From the IMG/VR virus record IMGVR_UViG_3300034630_000009, positions 8,211 to 72,210 of that record: a stretch of DNA of 64,000 nt; one strand, 5' to 3'. Below, piece after piece: positions 55,720-64,000 of the stretch. Source of the DNA: a virus. The notes under the pieces were generated by a model. It saw only the letters and a list, made by a program, of their open reading frames with translations. It did not search any database and was not told where the DNA came from. The position numbers and the translations under genes were made by a program. Each line of letters opens with the position of its first letter. The first letter of the stretch is position 1.

Positions 55720-57058
55720 CCGCAACGAACTATTGCGCCTTGCCGATCGTAAGCAGCCGCAGAATATCGACGCTGAAGAAGCCATTATTGGCGGTTGCCT
55801 GCTAGACCAGAACGCGATCGCACGAATTGCCGACACACTTCCCGCTGAGGCGTTCTACCTAGCCGCGCACCGTGAGATCTACCGCGCCATGCTGGTGCTG
55901 CACGCCGAAGGCAAGACGACCGATGTGATGACTGTCCTCGCCTGGTTGAGCGATCGGGGGTTGCTCCAGAAGATAGGCGGTCAATCGAAGCTAGCCAGCC
56001 TCATGCGGGAGTGCGTCAGCGCTGTCAACATCGACCAACACGCGGCTCTGGTCAATGACAAATACTTTCGCCGTCAAATCATGGCGCACGGGCAAGAGCT
56101 AACGGTCAACGCTGGCGATGGCACGCTAAGCCAAGCCGCGATCGTCGAATTGCTGCAAAAGGAAGCCTACGCTTTTGCACAACAGCAGGTTGATCAAGGG
56201 GCAGAACCTGTCAGAGAAACATTGCAGACCGTTTTCAACGAAGTGCAAGAGCGCTCAGTCCTCAAGCGTCCAGTCGGCATTTTGAGCGGATTCTATGACC
56301 TTGATGCAATGACGCAAGGCTTTCAGCGCGGCGATTTGATCATCGAAGCCGGACGGCCATCAATGGGTAAAACAGCGTTTCTGCTGAACCTTCTTGTGGT
56401 TGCTGCCATGCACGACATTCCGGTGCTGCTATTTAGCTTGGAGATGAGCAAAGAAAAGCTGGCTTATCGGTTGCTGGCCTCCGAGTCGCGGATTGAAACT
56501 GGGCGCTTAGGGGCTGGGCGGATTACGGACAACGAATGGGTGCCTTTGGTCGAGCACGTTAATCGGCTTTCATCGTTGCCAATCTGGGTCTATGACAAGT
56601 CCGCGCCGTCGATCGCAGACATCCGCGCGATCGCGCGTACCGTGCAAGCCGAAGCCGGAACGCTGGGGATGATTGGGCTTGATTACTTGCAGTTGATGGA
56701 GTTGGGCGATAACTCCGTGCAAGGTTTAGGGCGCATCACCAAAGGACTGAAAGGGCTGGCGAGAGACTTTGATTTACCAGTCCACGCACTGTCGCAGCTC
56801 AGCCGAGGGGTAGAGTCGCGCACCAACAAGCGCCCAATGATGTCGGATCTGCGTGAGTCAGGAGCGTTAGAGCAAGACGCTGATCTGATCCTCATGCTCT
56901 ACCGAGCGGAATATTATGAACCGGATACTCCAGACCGTGGTATTGCGGAACTCATCATTTCCAAACATCGTAATGGTCCTACGGGAACCGTCAAACTTCT
57001 GTTTGAACCTGAGTTCACGCAGTTCCGGAACCTCGCCGGGCGGAGGAATTCGATATGA
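55706..57058 (+). CDS. dnaB: Replicative DNA helicase
   Basis: PQNIDAEEA, AGRPSMGKT, FSLEM, DYLQL, LSQLSR, DLRESGALEQDAD, KHRNGPTG. Confidence 0.97.
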   Translation: MQATDRNELLRLADRKQPQNIDAEEAIIGGCLLDQNAIARIADTLPAEAFYLAAHREIYRAMLVLHAEGKTTDVMTVLAWLSDRGLLQKIGGQSKLASLMRECVSAVNIDQHAALVNDKYFRRQIMAHGQELTVNAGDGTLSQAAIVELLQKEAYAFAQQQVDQGAEPVRETLQTVFNEVQERSVLKRPVGILSGFYDLDAMTQGFQRGDLIIEAGRPSMGKTAFLLNLLVVAAMHDIPVLLFSLEMSKEKLAYRLLASESRIETGRLGAGRITDNEWVPLVEHVNRLSSLPIWVYDKSAPSIADIRAIARTVQAEAGTLGMIGLDYLQLMELGDNSVQGLGRITKGLKGLARDFDLPVHALSQLSRGVESRTNKRPMMSDLRESGALEQDADLILMLYRAEYYEPDTPDRGIAELIISKHRNGPTGTVKLLFEPEFTQFRNLAGRRNSI

Positions 57059-57222
57059 GCACAATTACAGGACAAGACCCCTGGTCAGTTGAACCCGGAG
57101 TTCTGCGAGTGGCTCATGGGATTCCCAATTGGGTGGACAGAATAAAAGGCTGTGGAAACGCTGTCGTTCCTCAAGTGGCTGCGATCGCGCTTCGGCGGGT
57201 ATTTGCGGAAGGTGTTCCATGA
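57055..57222 (+). pseudogene. C-terminal fragment of a C5-cytosine methyltransferase (55 aa)
   Basis: W..EP.V.RVAHG.P..VDRIKGCGNAVVPQVA (motif X); overlapping frame GQLNPEFCEWLMGFPIGWT. Confidence 0.7.
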
Positions 57223-57506
57223 GCGCTCTGGATGAGGATCGAGAACGCCGCGTCTACCAAGCTTTTCTCTCCCTCCCCTCCTCCCGTCTTCCTACTCCCC
57301 CCTTCCACCTCACCCCCTGGACACGCATCAACGACCCGATCTGGTTTAACCTTCTCCGCTCCGAAGTGCAAGCCGCCATTGACTACCTCGAAGGCAGAGC
57401 CGACAGACCCCAACCACGACAACGCACAGACGCGCTACTCGCCACGCTCCGTTACCTCAAACCCCTCTTGGAATGTATTTCTGATGAGAAACCTAAGCTT
57501 GTTTGA
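57219..57506 (+). CDS. Hypothetical protein
   Basis: ATGA-coupled, MSALDEDRE. Confidence 0.5.
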   Translation: MSALDEDRERRVYQAFLSLPSSRLPTPPFHLTPWTRINDPIWFNLLRSEVQAAIDYLEGRADRPQPRQRTDALLATLRYLKPLLECISDEKPKLV

Positions 57507-58689
57507 TGTCGATCGCCTGACGTTGCCCAAAGCGATCGACCTTACTGTCCAGTCTTTGAACCATTACGGACAGTGCTACAAACATTGGGCGGTCAGTTTC
57601 TCTGGTGGAAAGGACAGCACAGCCACAGTGACAGTGCTTTGCCATCTAATCGAATCTGGGCAAGTTAATCCTCCAGAATCGTTGACTGTGCTTTATGCGG
57701 ACACCTTGCAGGAACTGCCGCCGCTACACCTTGCCGCTCTAAACCTGCTCAGCAAATTACGCGATCGCGGCATCGCTACCCGCGTCGTGAAACCTGACCT
57801 AGACCACCGCTATTTTGTTTACATCTGTGGTCGTGGGGTACCACCACCATCCAACGTGTTCCGCTGGTGCACACCAAAGCTCAAGGTCATGAGTATGGAG
57901 CAAGCACTGGAAGCGTTGAGACAGGAGTGCGGTGAAAAGTTGCTAATGCTGACTGGTGTGCGGGTGGGCGAAAGCGCCGTCCGTGATCAACGTATTGCTG
58001 TTAGCTGCACAAAAGACGGTGGTGAATGTGGACAAGGCTGGTTCCAACAGTCTTCCGTCGACGCGATCGCGGACACATTAGCGCCGATTTTGCATTGGCG
58101 TGTTTGCCATGTGTGGGACTGGCTGACTTTACATGCTTCAGAACTTGGTTTTGACACTTGGGAAGTAGCGGCGGTCTACGGTATGCACAACATTGATGGT
58201 GAAGAACCTCTCAATGCGCGTACGGGTTGTTTTGGTTGTCCTTTAGTTCAAAAGGACTCAGCCCTGGAACGACTATGCCAGCAACCTGATTGGGTGCATC
58301 TCACGCCATTGTTGCAATTGCGATCGTTGTACTGGGAGGTACACAAGCCTGAATATCGCCACCGTCAACCGCCAGGTGAACGCCGCAAAGACGGCAAATT
58401 GGCAGCTAAACAAAACCGCTTAGGGCCACTAACCCTGAGCGCAAGGCGTTGGCTGCTAGGGCAATTGCTTGAAATTGAGGCAGAAGTGAACCGACTAGGA
58501 ACATTGAACGATCGCCCTCATTTTGAATTGATTGGTGATGCAGAGATCGATCGCATTCGTCAACTGATTCAAGCCAAAACTTATCCAAACAAGTGGAGCG
58601 GCACAGAACCGCGCGGCGACGCGTTGTTAGAAGAAATCAAGCAAGACGGATCTGTACAAAAGAACCTTTTTGCAGCCTTGAGCCTTTAG
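57484..58689 (+). CDS. PAPS-reductase-family (DndC-like) protein
   Basis: SFSGGKDS PP-loop, YADTLQELP, FRWCT.KLK, GVRVGESA.RD, RTGCFGC. Confidence 0.85.
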   Translation: MRNLSLFDVDRLTLPKAIDLTVQSLNHYGQCYKHWAVSFSGGKDSTATVTVLCHLIESGQVNPPESLTVLYADTLQELPPLHLAALNLLSKLRDRGIATRVVKPDLDHRYFVYICGRGVPPPSNVFRWCTPKLKVMSMEQALEALRQECGEKLLMLTGVRVGESAVRDQRIAVSCTKDGGECGQGWFQQSSVDAIADTLAPILHWRVCHVWDWLTLHASELGFDTWEVAAVYGMHNIDGEEPLNARTGCFGCPLVQKDSALERLCQQPDWVHLTPLLQLRSLYWEVHKPEYRHRQPPGERRKDGKLAAKQNRLGPLTLSARRWLLGQLLEIEAEVNRLGTLNDRPHFELIGDAEIDRIRQLIQAKTYPNKWSGTEPRGDALLEEIKQDGSVQKNLFAALSL

Positions 58690-58787
58690 GAGAAAAGTCA
58701 AATGCAACAAGCTAAATCAAAACGGCGGCATGGTAGAAGGTTGGGCGATCGCTATGCTACCAACCGCTTGGTGAGGCAATCCCCGCC

Positions 58788-58991
58788 ATGACCGAGCCTG
58801 TTATTCCCGACCCGCCAAAGTCACGCCGCAAGAAAGCCGCTCCCACCATCAAACCCCCGCACGCTCAATGCCCTGACTGCAAATGTCCTGATCGCTACCA
58901 TTCCGTCACTCAGATCGACATTGAAGATTGGCGCTGCCAGCACTGCCACCGTTTTCTCGCCTGGATTAAACACCCCATTTTCAACCTTTAA
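58788..58991 (+). CDS. Small zinc-ribbon protein
   Basis: CPDC...CQHC. Confidence 0.6.
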   Translation: MTEPVIPDPPKSRRKKAAPTIKPPHAQCPDCKCPDRYHSVTQIDIEDWRCQHCHRFLAWIKHPIFNL

Positions 58992-58996
58992 AAACC

Positions 58997-59654
58997 ATGA
59001 ACACCGCAACGCTAGAACCAACGATCGCAGCAAAAGAGCGACCCATTTTATTTTCAGGGGCAATGGTAAGAGCAATCCTGGAAGGGCAAAAAGACGCAGA
59101 CCAGGAGAGCGATAAAACCTCAGCCGTTGCCAACTGCACAAGAATTTGTGCGATGGACTGTGCAGGGAGAACGGCGGTACAGAGGCAGAACACCGCTGTG
59201 GATTGCTTGCCTCAAGGGTGGATTTGGGCAGGAATACGGATGTCCCTATGGCGATGTAGGCGATCGCCTTTGGGTGCGCGAGACGTGGTGTTACTACGGC
59301 GCTGGCGATGCCCACCTTGGCTACAAAGCGACCGATGAAATCTGCCCTGACGCGATCGACAAATGGAAGCCGTCGATCTACATGCCCCGCGCAGCATCAC
59401 GCATCATGCTCGAAGTTACAGAAGTTCGTGTGCAACGGCTTCAAGACATCAGCGAGGAGGATGCGATCGCGGAGGGTATACCAAAAGATGACTGGTTTGG
59501 ACTGCTTACGGTTAAGCGAGACTTCCAGGAACTCTGGAATGCCATCAACGAAAAGCGCGGTTATGGGTGGGATAGCAACCCTTGGGTGTGGGCTGTCAGT
59601 TTTGAAGTTTTGCTTCCTACCCCTTTGCACTCACAAGAGGATACAGCTTCCTGA
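58997..59654 (+). pseudogene. ASCH-like phage protein with a +1 frameshift
   Basis: KERPILFSGAMVRAILEG then KTQTRR in another frame (extra A at 59088-59092); GDRLWVRETW, WKPSIYMPR, NPWVW. Confidence 0.8.
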
Positions 59655-59662
59655 AAATAATT

Positions 59663-60052
59663 ATGAAACGATCGCAACGTCAAACCAAACAACGTAGCTG
59701 CTCAAAATTGGTCATCAGTCGCGCTCCCCACACTGACGACTACGATCGCGTCACCTTGTCTTGTGGGCACGAACGACTGGTCAATTTTGAGCGACCACAT
59801 CACATCTGCTTTATTTGCCAACAGGCAGAGTATGGAAGCAGCGCCCATACGTTCAATTGGTGCTTGCAAACAGCGCATGGGTTTGTGTTAACAACGACCC
59901 ATTTGTTTAAGCCCGTTGAAAGTGTCGATCGCACCTGCGTGAAGCGCTTTAGAGACAGGCGATCGGCTCAGGCATACGCTAAGACTTTAAGGGTTTCTGC
60001 CAACCTGGGACCGATACGTTGGGACACGCTTTTAGAAGAGGATGCGGCATGA
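59663..60052 (+). CDS. Hypothetical Zn-binding protein
   Basis: LSCGH...CFIC. Confidence 0.55.
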   Translation: MKRSQRQTKQRSCSKLVISRAPHTDDYDRVTLSCGHERLVNFERPHHICFICQQAEYGSSAHTFNWCLQTAHGFVLTTTHLFKPVESVDRTCVKRFRDRRSAQAYAKTLRVSANLGPIRWDTLLEEDAA

Positions 60053-60261
60053 CACCTTGCCTGATCATCGCTCTTTGCTTCCTGTTCTCAACCCTCGCAG
60101 TGCTAGCGATCGCCGCTTGCCAGTTACGCTTTCCGCACCAACCTGACGCACTGGAGGTGTTGGAGCAAAGCCAATACGTTGATGAAACTGAAGTGATTCA
60201 AAACTGGGGGAATGTTTTTCCGCCACATCCGCCTGATGAAACTGAGGAGAGCGATCGATGA
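60049..60261 (+). CDS. Small membrane protein
   Basis: N-terminal TM. Confidence 0.5.
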   Translation: MTPCLIIALCFLFSTLAVLAIAACQLRFPHQPDALEVLEQSQYVDETEVIQNWGNVFPPHPPDETEESDR

Positions 60262-60512
60262 TGGGAGTTGACTACTATCACGAAGGCAACATTGGCGTGA
60301 TCGCCTTTAAGCAAGAGCGTCAACTAGAAAAGCTTTATGTCTGGGTTGCGATCCAGCACTAGGATTACGAGCCTGGTAATCAGTGGGGTGTGTTTTTTAA
60401 CGAAGCCGCTGCTGTCGCTAAAATGCGGCAACTCCAGGACGCTGGCTACTCGGCAGATGGATGGTACGTCATTGAGTTTGAAGTGGAGGGCGATCGCAAT
60501 GCCAACCAGTAA
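60258..60512 (+). pseudogene. Small gene with an in-frame TAG at 60360
   Basis: Frame continues after the TAG and overlaps the next gene start. Confidence 0.45.
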
Positions 60513-60888
60513 CAAAATCATCACGTTTGAAGCAGCGATCGCGGCTCTAAACCCCACTCGGTTTGCCGCGCTGAAACCTAAAGCCAAGCTGACGCTTTTG
60601 GGCGAAACGGTGTTGCTGATGTTGAGCGAACAGGTGACGACAAAAGAACGGGAGAAGTTGAGGGTGGCGATCGGTAGGGTGCAGAGACGAACAGGCAAGA
60701 GCAGGAGCGATCGCACCAAGGCTGAGAAACGCATTCATTACATTGGTATACCATGCAAAGCTGATCTTCGCGCAGGCGGACGCTGGCACTCCAGCACGAT
60801 GAGCAGCAATAGCAATCCGCAAGCAGTGACGTGCAAAGGGTGTTTGAAAGTGATGGCAAAACCAATTAATTTTAGGGACGAGAAGTAA
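60499..60888 (+). CDS. Hypothetical basic protein
   Basis: VTCKGCLK C-terminus. Confidence 0.55.
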   Translation: MPTSNKIITFEAAIAALNPTRFAALKPKAKLTLLGETVLLMLSEQVTTKEREKLRVAIGRVQRRTGKSRSDRTKAEKRIHYIGIPCKADLRAGGRWHSSTMSSNSNPQAVTCKGCLKVMAKPINFRDEK

Positions 60889-61042
60889 TGACCTGGCAAC
60901 TATTAAACGAAAATATTGAAGCATTCACTCAGCGACAAGAGGCGCTAGAGAAAATTGCTAAAATTGTTGCTGAGCATCCCGACTGGCACAACACCGCTCC
61001 AGAATTGAAAGTCTATCTACAAACAGTTTTGCAAAAAGCGGC

Positions 61043-62371
61043 TTAGACCCACAGATCAACGGCTTCAATTTCTCCTCTTTGACAAAGAACTTTCTTAACC
61101 AGTAGACGATAAATCGTGTGTTTATCTTCTTGCCTGATTTCTCTCCAAAAAGCAGGATTAGAGCAAGCTTTCAGTGCTTTCTCTCTGCTTGGTTGTAGCG
61201 TCACCGTCTCTTGTATTGCTGCCGTCTCAATCACAGCAATATCTGACTGGATACCCGCGATCGCAGCTTCAATATGAGAGTTTGCTGGCAACCCTACTAA
61301 GGTAAACAATTGTTCTCTAAGCTCCAAAAGTTCAGGCTTTTCAGCTATTTTTTGTTCTGCTTGAGTAGCCCGTATGGCTATCGCTTCAGCCCTGCTAACA
61401 AGAGCAGCAATAATCGCTTTCTGAATGTTTTCGGTTCTTATATATTTTCGGTTAGAACAAGATCGCCGCACGCCGTTATAGCAACGATAGTAAATAGTAG
61501 GATTGGCGCGATCGTGCTTATAAGAAACTGACATACTGCTGCCACATTCAGCACAATAAATTAACCCAGTTAACGGAAACCGCACTGGATCAGCTTTGAA
61601 GCCATGATGTTTCTGCCTGAAGCGCAAAGACTCTTCCACTTCTAAGCGCTCTTGCTGAGTGAAAAGCGCTGGATGGTTGTTGTAGTAAATCGTCGTAGCG
61701 CCGCGTCGGTTGTGTCGGTCGTACCAAAGATTCCCGTAGATTGTTTCGCATTGCAGCCAGGTTTTGATGCCCCCTGGCGAACGTGGGATTTTAGCCAAAT
61801 CCTTGTGCTCAACATTAATGGCTTGTGTGGTCTTGATCAGCCCAACAGCAATCACTGATTGCCGTAGCCACCGTGCGACAACTTCTACGTCTGCATCGAT
61901 CTCTAGCCGCTTGTCAATGATTCTGTAACCAAAAGGGGCGTGAATCGGCATCTTATTGGCTCGGATGCCGTCATAGCCCGCATTAATCCTTTCTTGGATT
62001 AACTCGCGCTCTAGTTGTGCAAACACAGCTTGCATCTGTACGTTTGCTCTGCCTGACGCTGTGTCAATGTCAATTTTCCCGTCAAGCGAAGTAAATTTAA
62101 CTTTTCTCTCAGCAAACAAGTCGATCGCATCAACCATCTGACGGGTTGATCGCCCTAACCTAGTAAGCGAACAAACGACAACCTCTTTGACATTGCCCGC
62201 CTCAATCAACGCCAACAGTTCTTTATAGCCAGGTCGCTGCTTGCTGGCTCCACTCATGCGATCGGTAAGAATGCGATCGCAGCCGTACCGCTGCAACCGC
62301 TGTATTTGCCAAGCTAAAGCCTGATTTTGCTCTGACTTCAGCGTTGACTCCCTAGCGTAGCCGCATTTCAT
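61043..62371 (-). CDS. Large serine recombinase (integrase, XisF-like)
   Basis: GYAREST catalytic Ser, D.MSG...RPG, RLGRS; recombinase domain; CAECG..YYRC..C zinc ribbon; coiled coil. Confidence 0.93.
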   Translation of the reverse strand: MKCGYARESTLKSEQNQALAWQIQRLQRYGCDRILTDRMSGASKQRPGYKELLALIEAGNVKEVVVCSLTRLGRSTRQMVDAIDLFAERKVKFTSLDGKIDIDTASGRANVQMQAVFAQLERELIQERINAGYDGIRANKMPIHAPFGYRIIDKRLEIDADVEVVARWLRQSVIAVGLIKTTQAINVEHKDLAKIPRSPGGIKTWLQCETIYGNLWYDRHNRRGATTIYYNNHPALFTQQERLEVEESLRFRQKHHGFKADPVRFPLTGLIYCAECGSSMSVSYKHDRANPTIYYRCYNGVRRSCSNRKYIRTENIQKAIIAALVSRAEAIAIRATQAEQKIAEKPELLELREQLFTLVGLPANSHIEAAIAGIQSDIAVIETAAIQETVTLQPSREKALKACSNPAFWREIRQEDKHTIYRLLVKKVLCQRGEIEAVDLWV

Positions 62372-62414
62372 GATACAATAATAGTCTACACATTAAATAT
62401 TCCAGGATTGTATC

Positions 62415-63254
62415 ATGCCTCAGGCGATTAATCTGTTAAACCGTAGATTTGGTTCTTTATTGTGTGTTGAGAAAACTGAAGAACGCAATACTGGCAGTAT
62501 TGTTTGGGTTTGCCAATGTGATTGTGGAGTTACTGAGAAAGTACCAGGTTATCTTTTGACTTCAAAAAGTAGAAATAGGCAAAAAACAAATTGTAAGGTA
62601 TGTGCTAAGAACAAGATTGCTATAAATCTTTCAGGGAAAACATTTTCAAGTTTTGAGGTTTTAAATAAAAGCGAAAAGCGTGTCTCAGGGTTAATAGCGT
62701 GGAATTGTCGGTGTACCTGTGGTGTTTTAGAAGTTGTTAAGACCGCAGATTTGCTTTCTGGAAGTAGGAAAAGGTGTAGACAGTGTGCGCGCTTATTAAA
62801 GATAAAAGTTTCTACCAAGCATCAAATGTGCTACACGAAAACTTATAGATCGTGGTCTGAGATGCTTTCTCGATGCACTTGCGAAACGAATGCTAGCTAT
62901 CCCCGTTATGGTGGTCGGGGTATTAGCATTTGCGATCGTTGGCTAGGCAGGGAAGGATTCATAAACTTCTTTGCTGACATGGGCGAAAGGCCAGAAGGAA
63001 TGACATTGGATCGCCACCCAGATAACAACGGCGATTATGAACCAGAGAACTGCCGTTGGGCTACACCAAAAGAACAAGCGTTAAATCGTCGGTCTAGCGT
63101 CCTTATAACTTTTCAAAACAAAACACAAACCGTATCGCAGTGGTCAGAAGAACTTGGCATTCATTCGGAGACTATTCGATTTAGGCACAAAAAAGGATGG
63201 GGCGTTGATGACATTTTTAAGAAGACAAAAAAGCGTCAGCGCCATAGCGCTTAA
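62415..63254 (+). CDS. HNH homing-endonuclease-like protein
   Basis: W.C.CDCG repeats, YGGRGI.ICDRW, F..DMGERP, TLDR..NNGDYEPENCRWAT; low GC. Confidence 0.88.
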   Translation: MPQAINLLNRRFGSLLCVEKTEERNTGSIVWVCQCDCGVTEKVPGYLLTSKSRNRQKTNCKVCAKNKIAINLSGKTFSSFEVLNKSEKRVSGLIAWNCRCTCGVLEVVKTADLLSGSRKRCRQCARLLKIKVSTKHQMCYTKTYRSWSEMLSRCTCETNASYPRYGGRGISICDRWLGREGFINFFADMGERPEGMTLDRHPDNNGDYEPENCRWATPKEQALNRRSSVLITFQNKTQTVSQWSEELGIHSETIRFRHKKGWGVDDIFKKTKKRQRHSA

Positions 63255-63301
63255 AAACTTGTAGCCGACGTGCATATCCCAATATCATGCCGATAGGAAA
63301 G

Positions 63302-63334
63302 ATGAGAGTATGTCTTCAATCAGCATACTATCAT
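63302..63334. other. Candidate att junction with an imperfect inverted repeat
   Basis: ATGAGAGTATG-N11-CATACTATCAT at the point where the host gene breaks. Confidence 0.5.
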
Positions 63335-63931
63335 TTCGTGATTATCGTAAACGTCCTGAGCCGTCCATTCAAATGGCAACTGGGCTTCCAGTAGAGCATG
63401 GGCGGGACCAACAGCAGTGGTCGGTGGTAGCAATCCTAACCGAATGGCAACACGATGATGGTGGCTATCGACAGGTAAGGCACGTCGGCGCAGTTGGCTA
63501 AAGGACAACACCGCTGCGCTGGTTTTGGGTCCGACCCCAGGCAGCGATTCTAACCAGGCTCGTGCTTCAGGAACCGGAAGGTCTGCCAAAAAAGCGATCG
63601 ACAGGCTACCACACCGATCGCCAATCAGCCTCAACACCTGCTGAATACGCGGCGCTTTTTGTTCTGCCCAGGTACAGGCGGCGATCGTCCGCTCTACGTC
63701 TTCCACAGGCGCATCACGTACTGCTTTCCAGTCGGGATATTGCTTGCGAAGTGCTTTGAATGCACGACCCGAATCGGCATTGCGGGTGCGGTGAGAGAGG
63801 AGAGACGACACCAATTCACTGAGCGGATCGAGGCTATGGAAGTAGGCGATCGGGCATTTATACACATCACATAGTCGCTGATGGATCAGCACGGCTCGTT
63901 GTTGAAGCGCTGGTAGATTGGTCGATGTCAT
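63320..63931 (-). pseudogene. Host HhH-GPD endonuclease-III-like DNA glycosylase, 3'-truncated
   Basis: DPLSELVSSLLS, LPGVGPKTSA HhH, PVDSHHHRV; ends at DNHE without the HG...C-X6-C-X2-C-X5-C Fe-S tail. Confidence 0.8.
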
Positions 63932-64000
63932 AGCAGGCAAACGTGAGGCTAAGGATCGTAGCTTTATGAAGGTGCCATTCTGTGCGTAGGGGCGTGGCAT

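Larger units (their letters stand above)
1..63330. mobile_element. Integrated temperate prophage (siphovirus-like; left end outside window)
   Basis: Contiguous tail, head, terminase, repressor, replication and serine-integrase modules; ends where a host HhH-GPD gene is truncated (~63330). HIP1-rich, so the host is cyanobacterial. Confidence 0.93.

Noticed and set aside
1-64000. GCGATCGC repeats as a novel element
   Set aside because: Known cyanobacterial HIP1
1-64000. tRNA or rRNA genes
   Set aside because: No cloverleaf or rRNA signature recognised by eye; tRNAscan not run

Overview
Almost the whole window (1 to ~63330) is one siphovirus-like prophage of a cyanobacterium; the HIP1 octamer GCGATCGC is abundant throughout. 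Left arm (minus strand, 1-22567): tail, head and packaging genes. These include a tail chaperone with a -1 frameshift, a DUF2213 protease/scaffold, a 1884-aa portal-MuF-toxin fusion, terminase and a truncated SigF-like sigma factor. Middle (22.7-40.4 kb): accessory genes, including a pilin, an FtsK-like ATPase/wall-hydrolase operon and repeat-delimited cassettes. Right arm (40.4-61 kb): a divergent genetic switch, early genes, a methylase, a recombinase, a frameshifted replication initiator with iterons, DnaB and a PAPS-reductase-family gene. A large serine integrase and an HNH gene precede the junction, which appears to truncate a host endonuclease-III-like gene. The most striking observation is two twister-like self-cleaving ribozymes (41037-41090, 41373-41426) in the rightward early transcript. 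They bracket a small ORF and could excise a 334-nt circularisable coding RNA and release a ~246-nt structured leader RNA. All family assignments come from motif recognition by eye; no database search or folding program was run.
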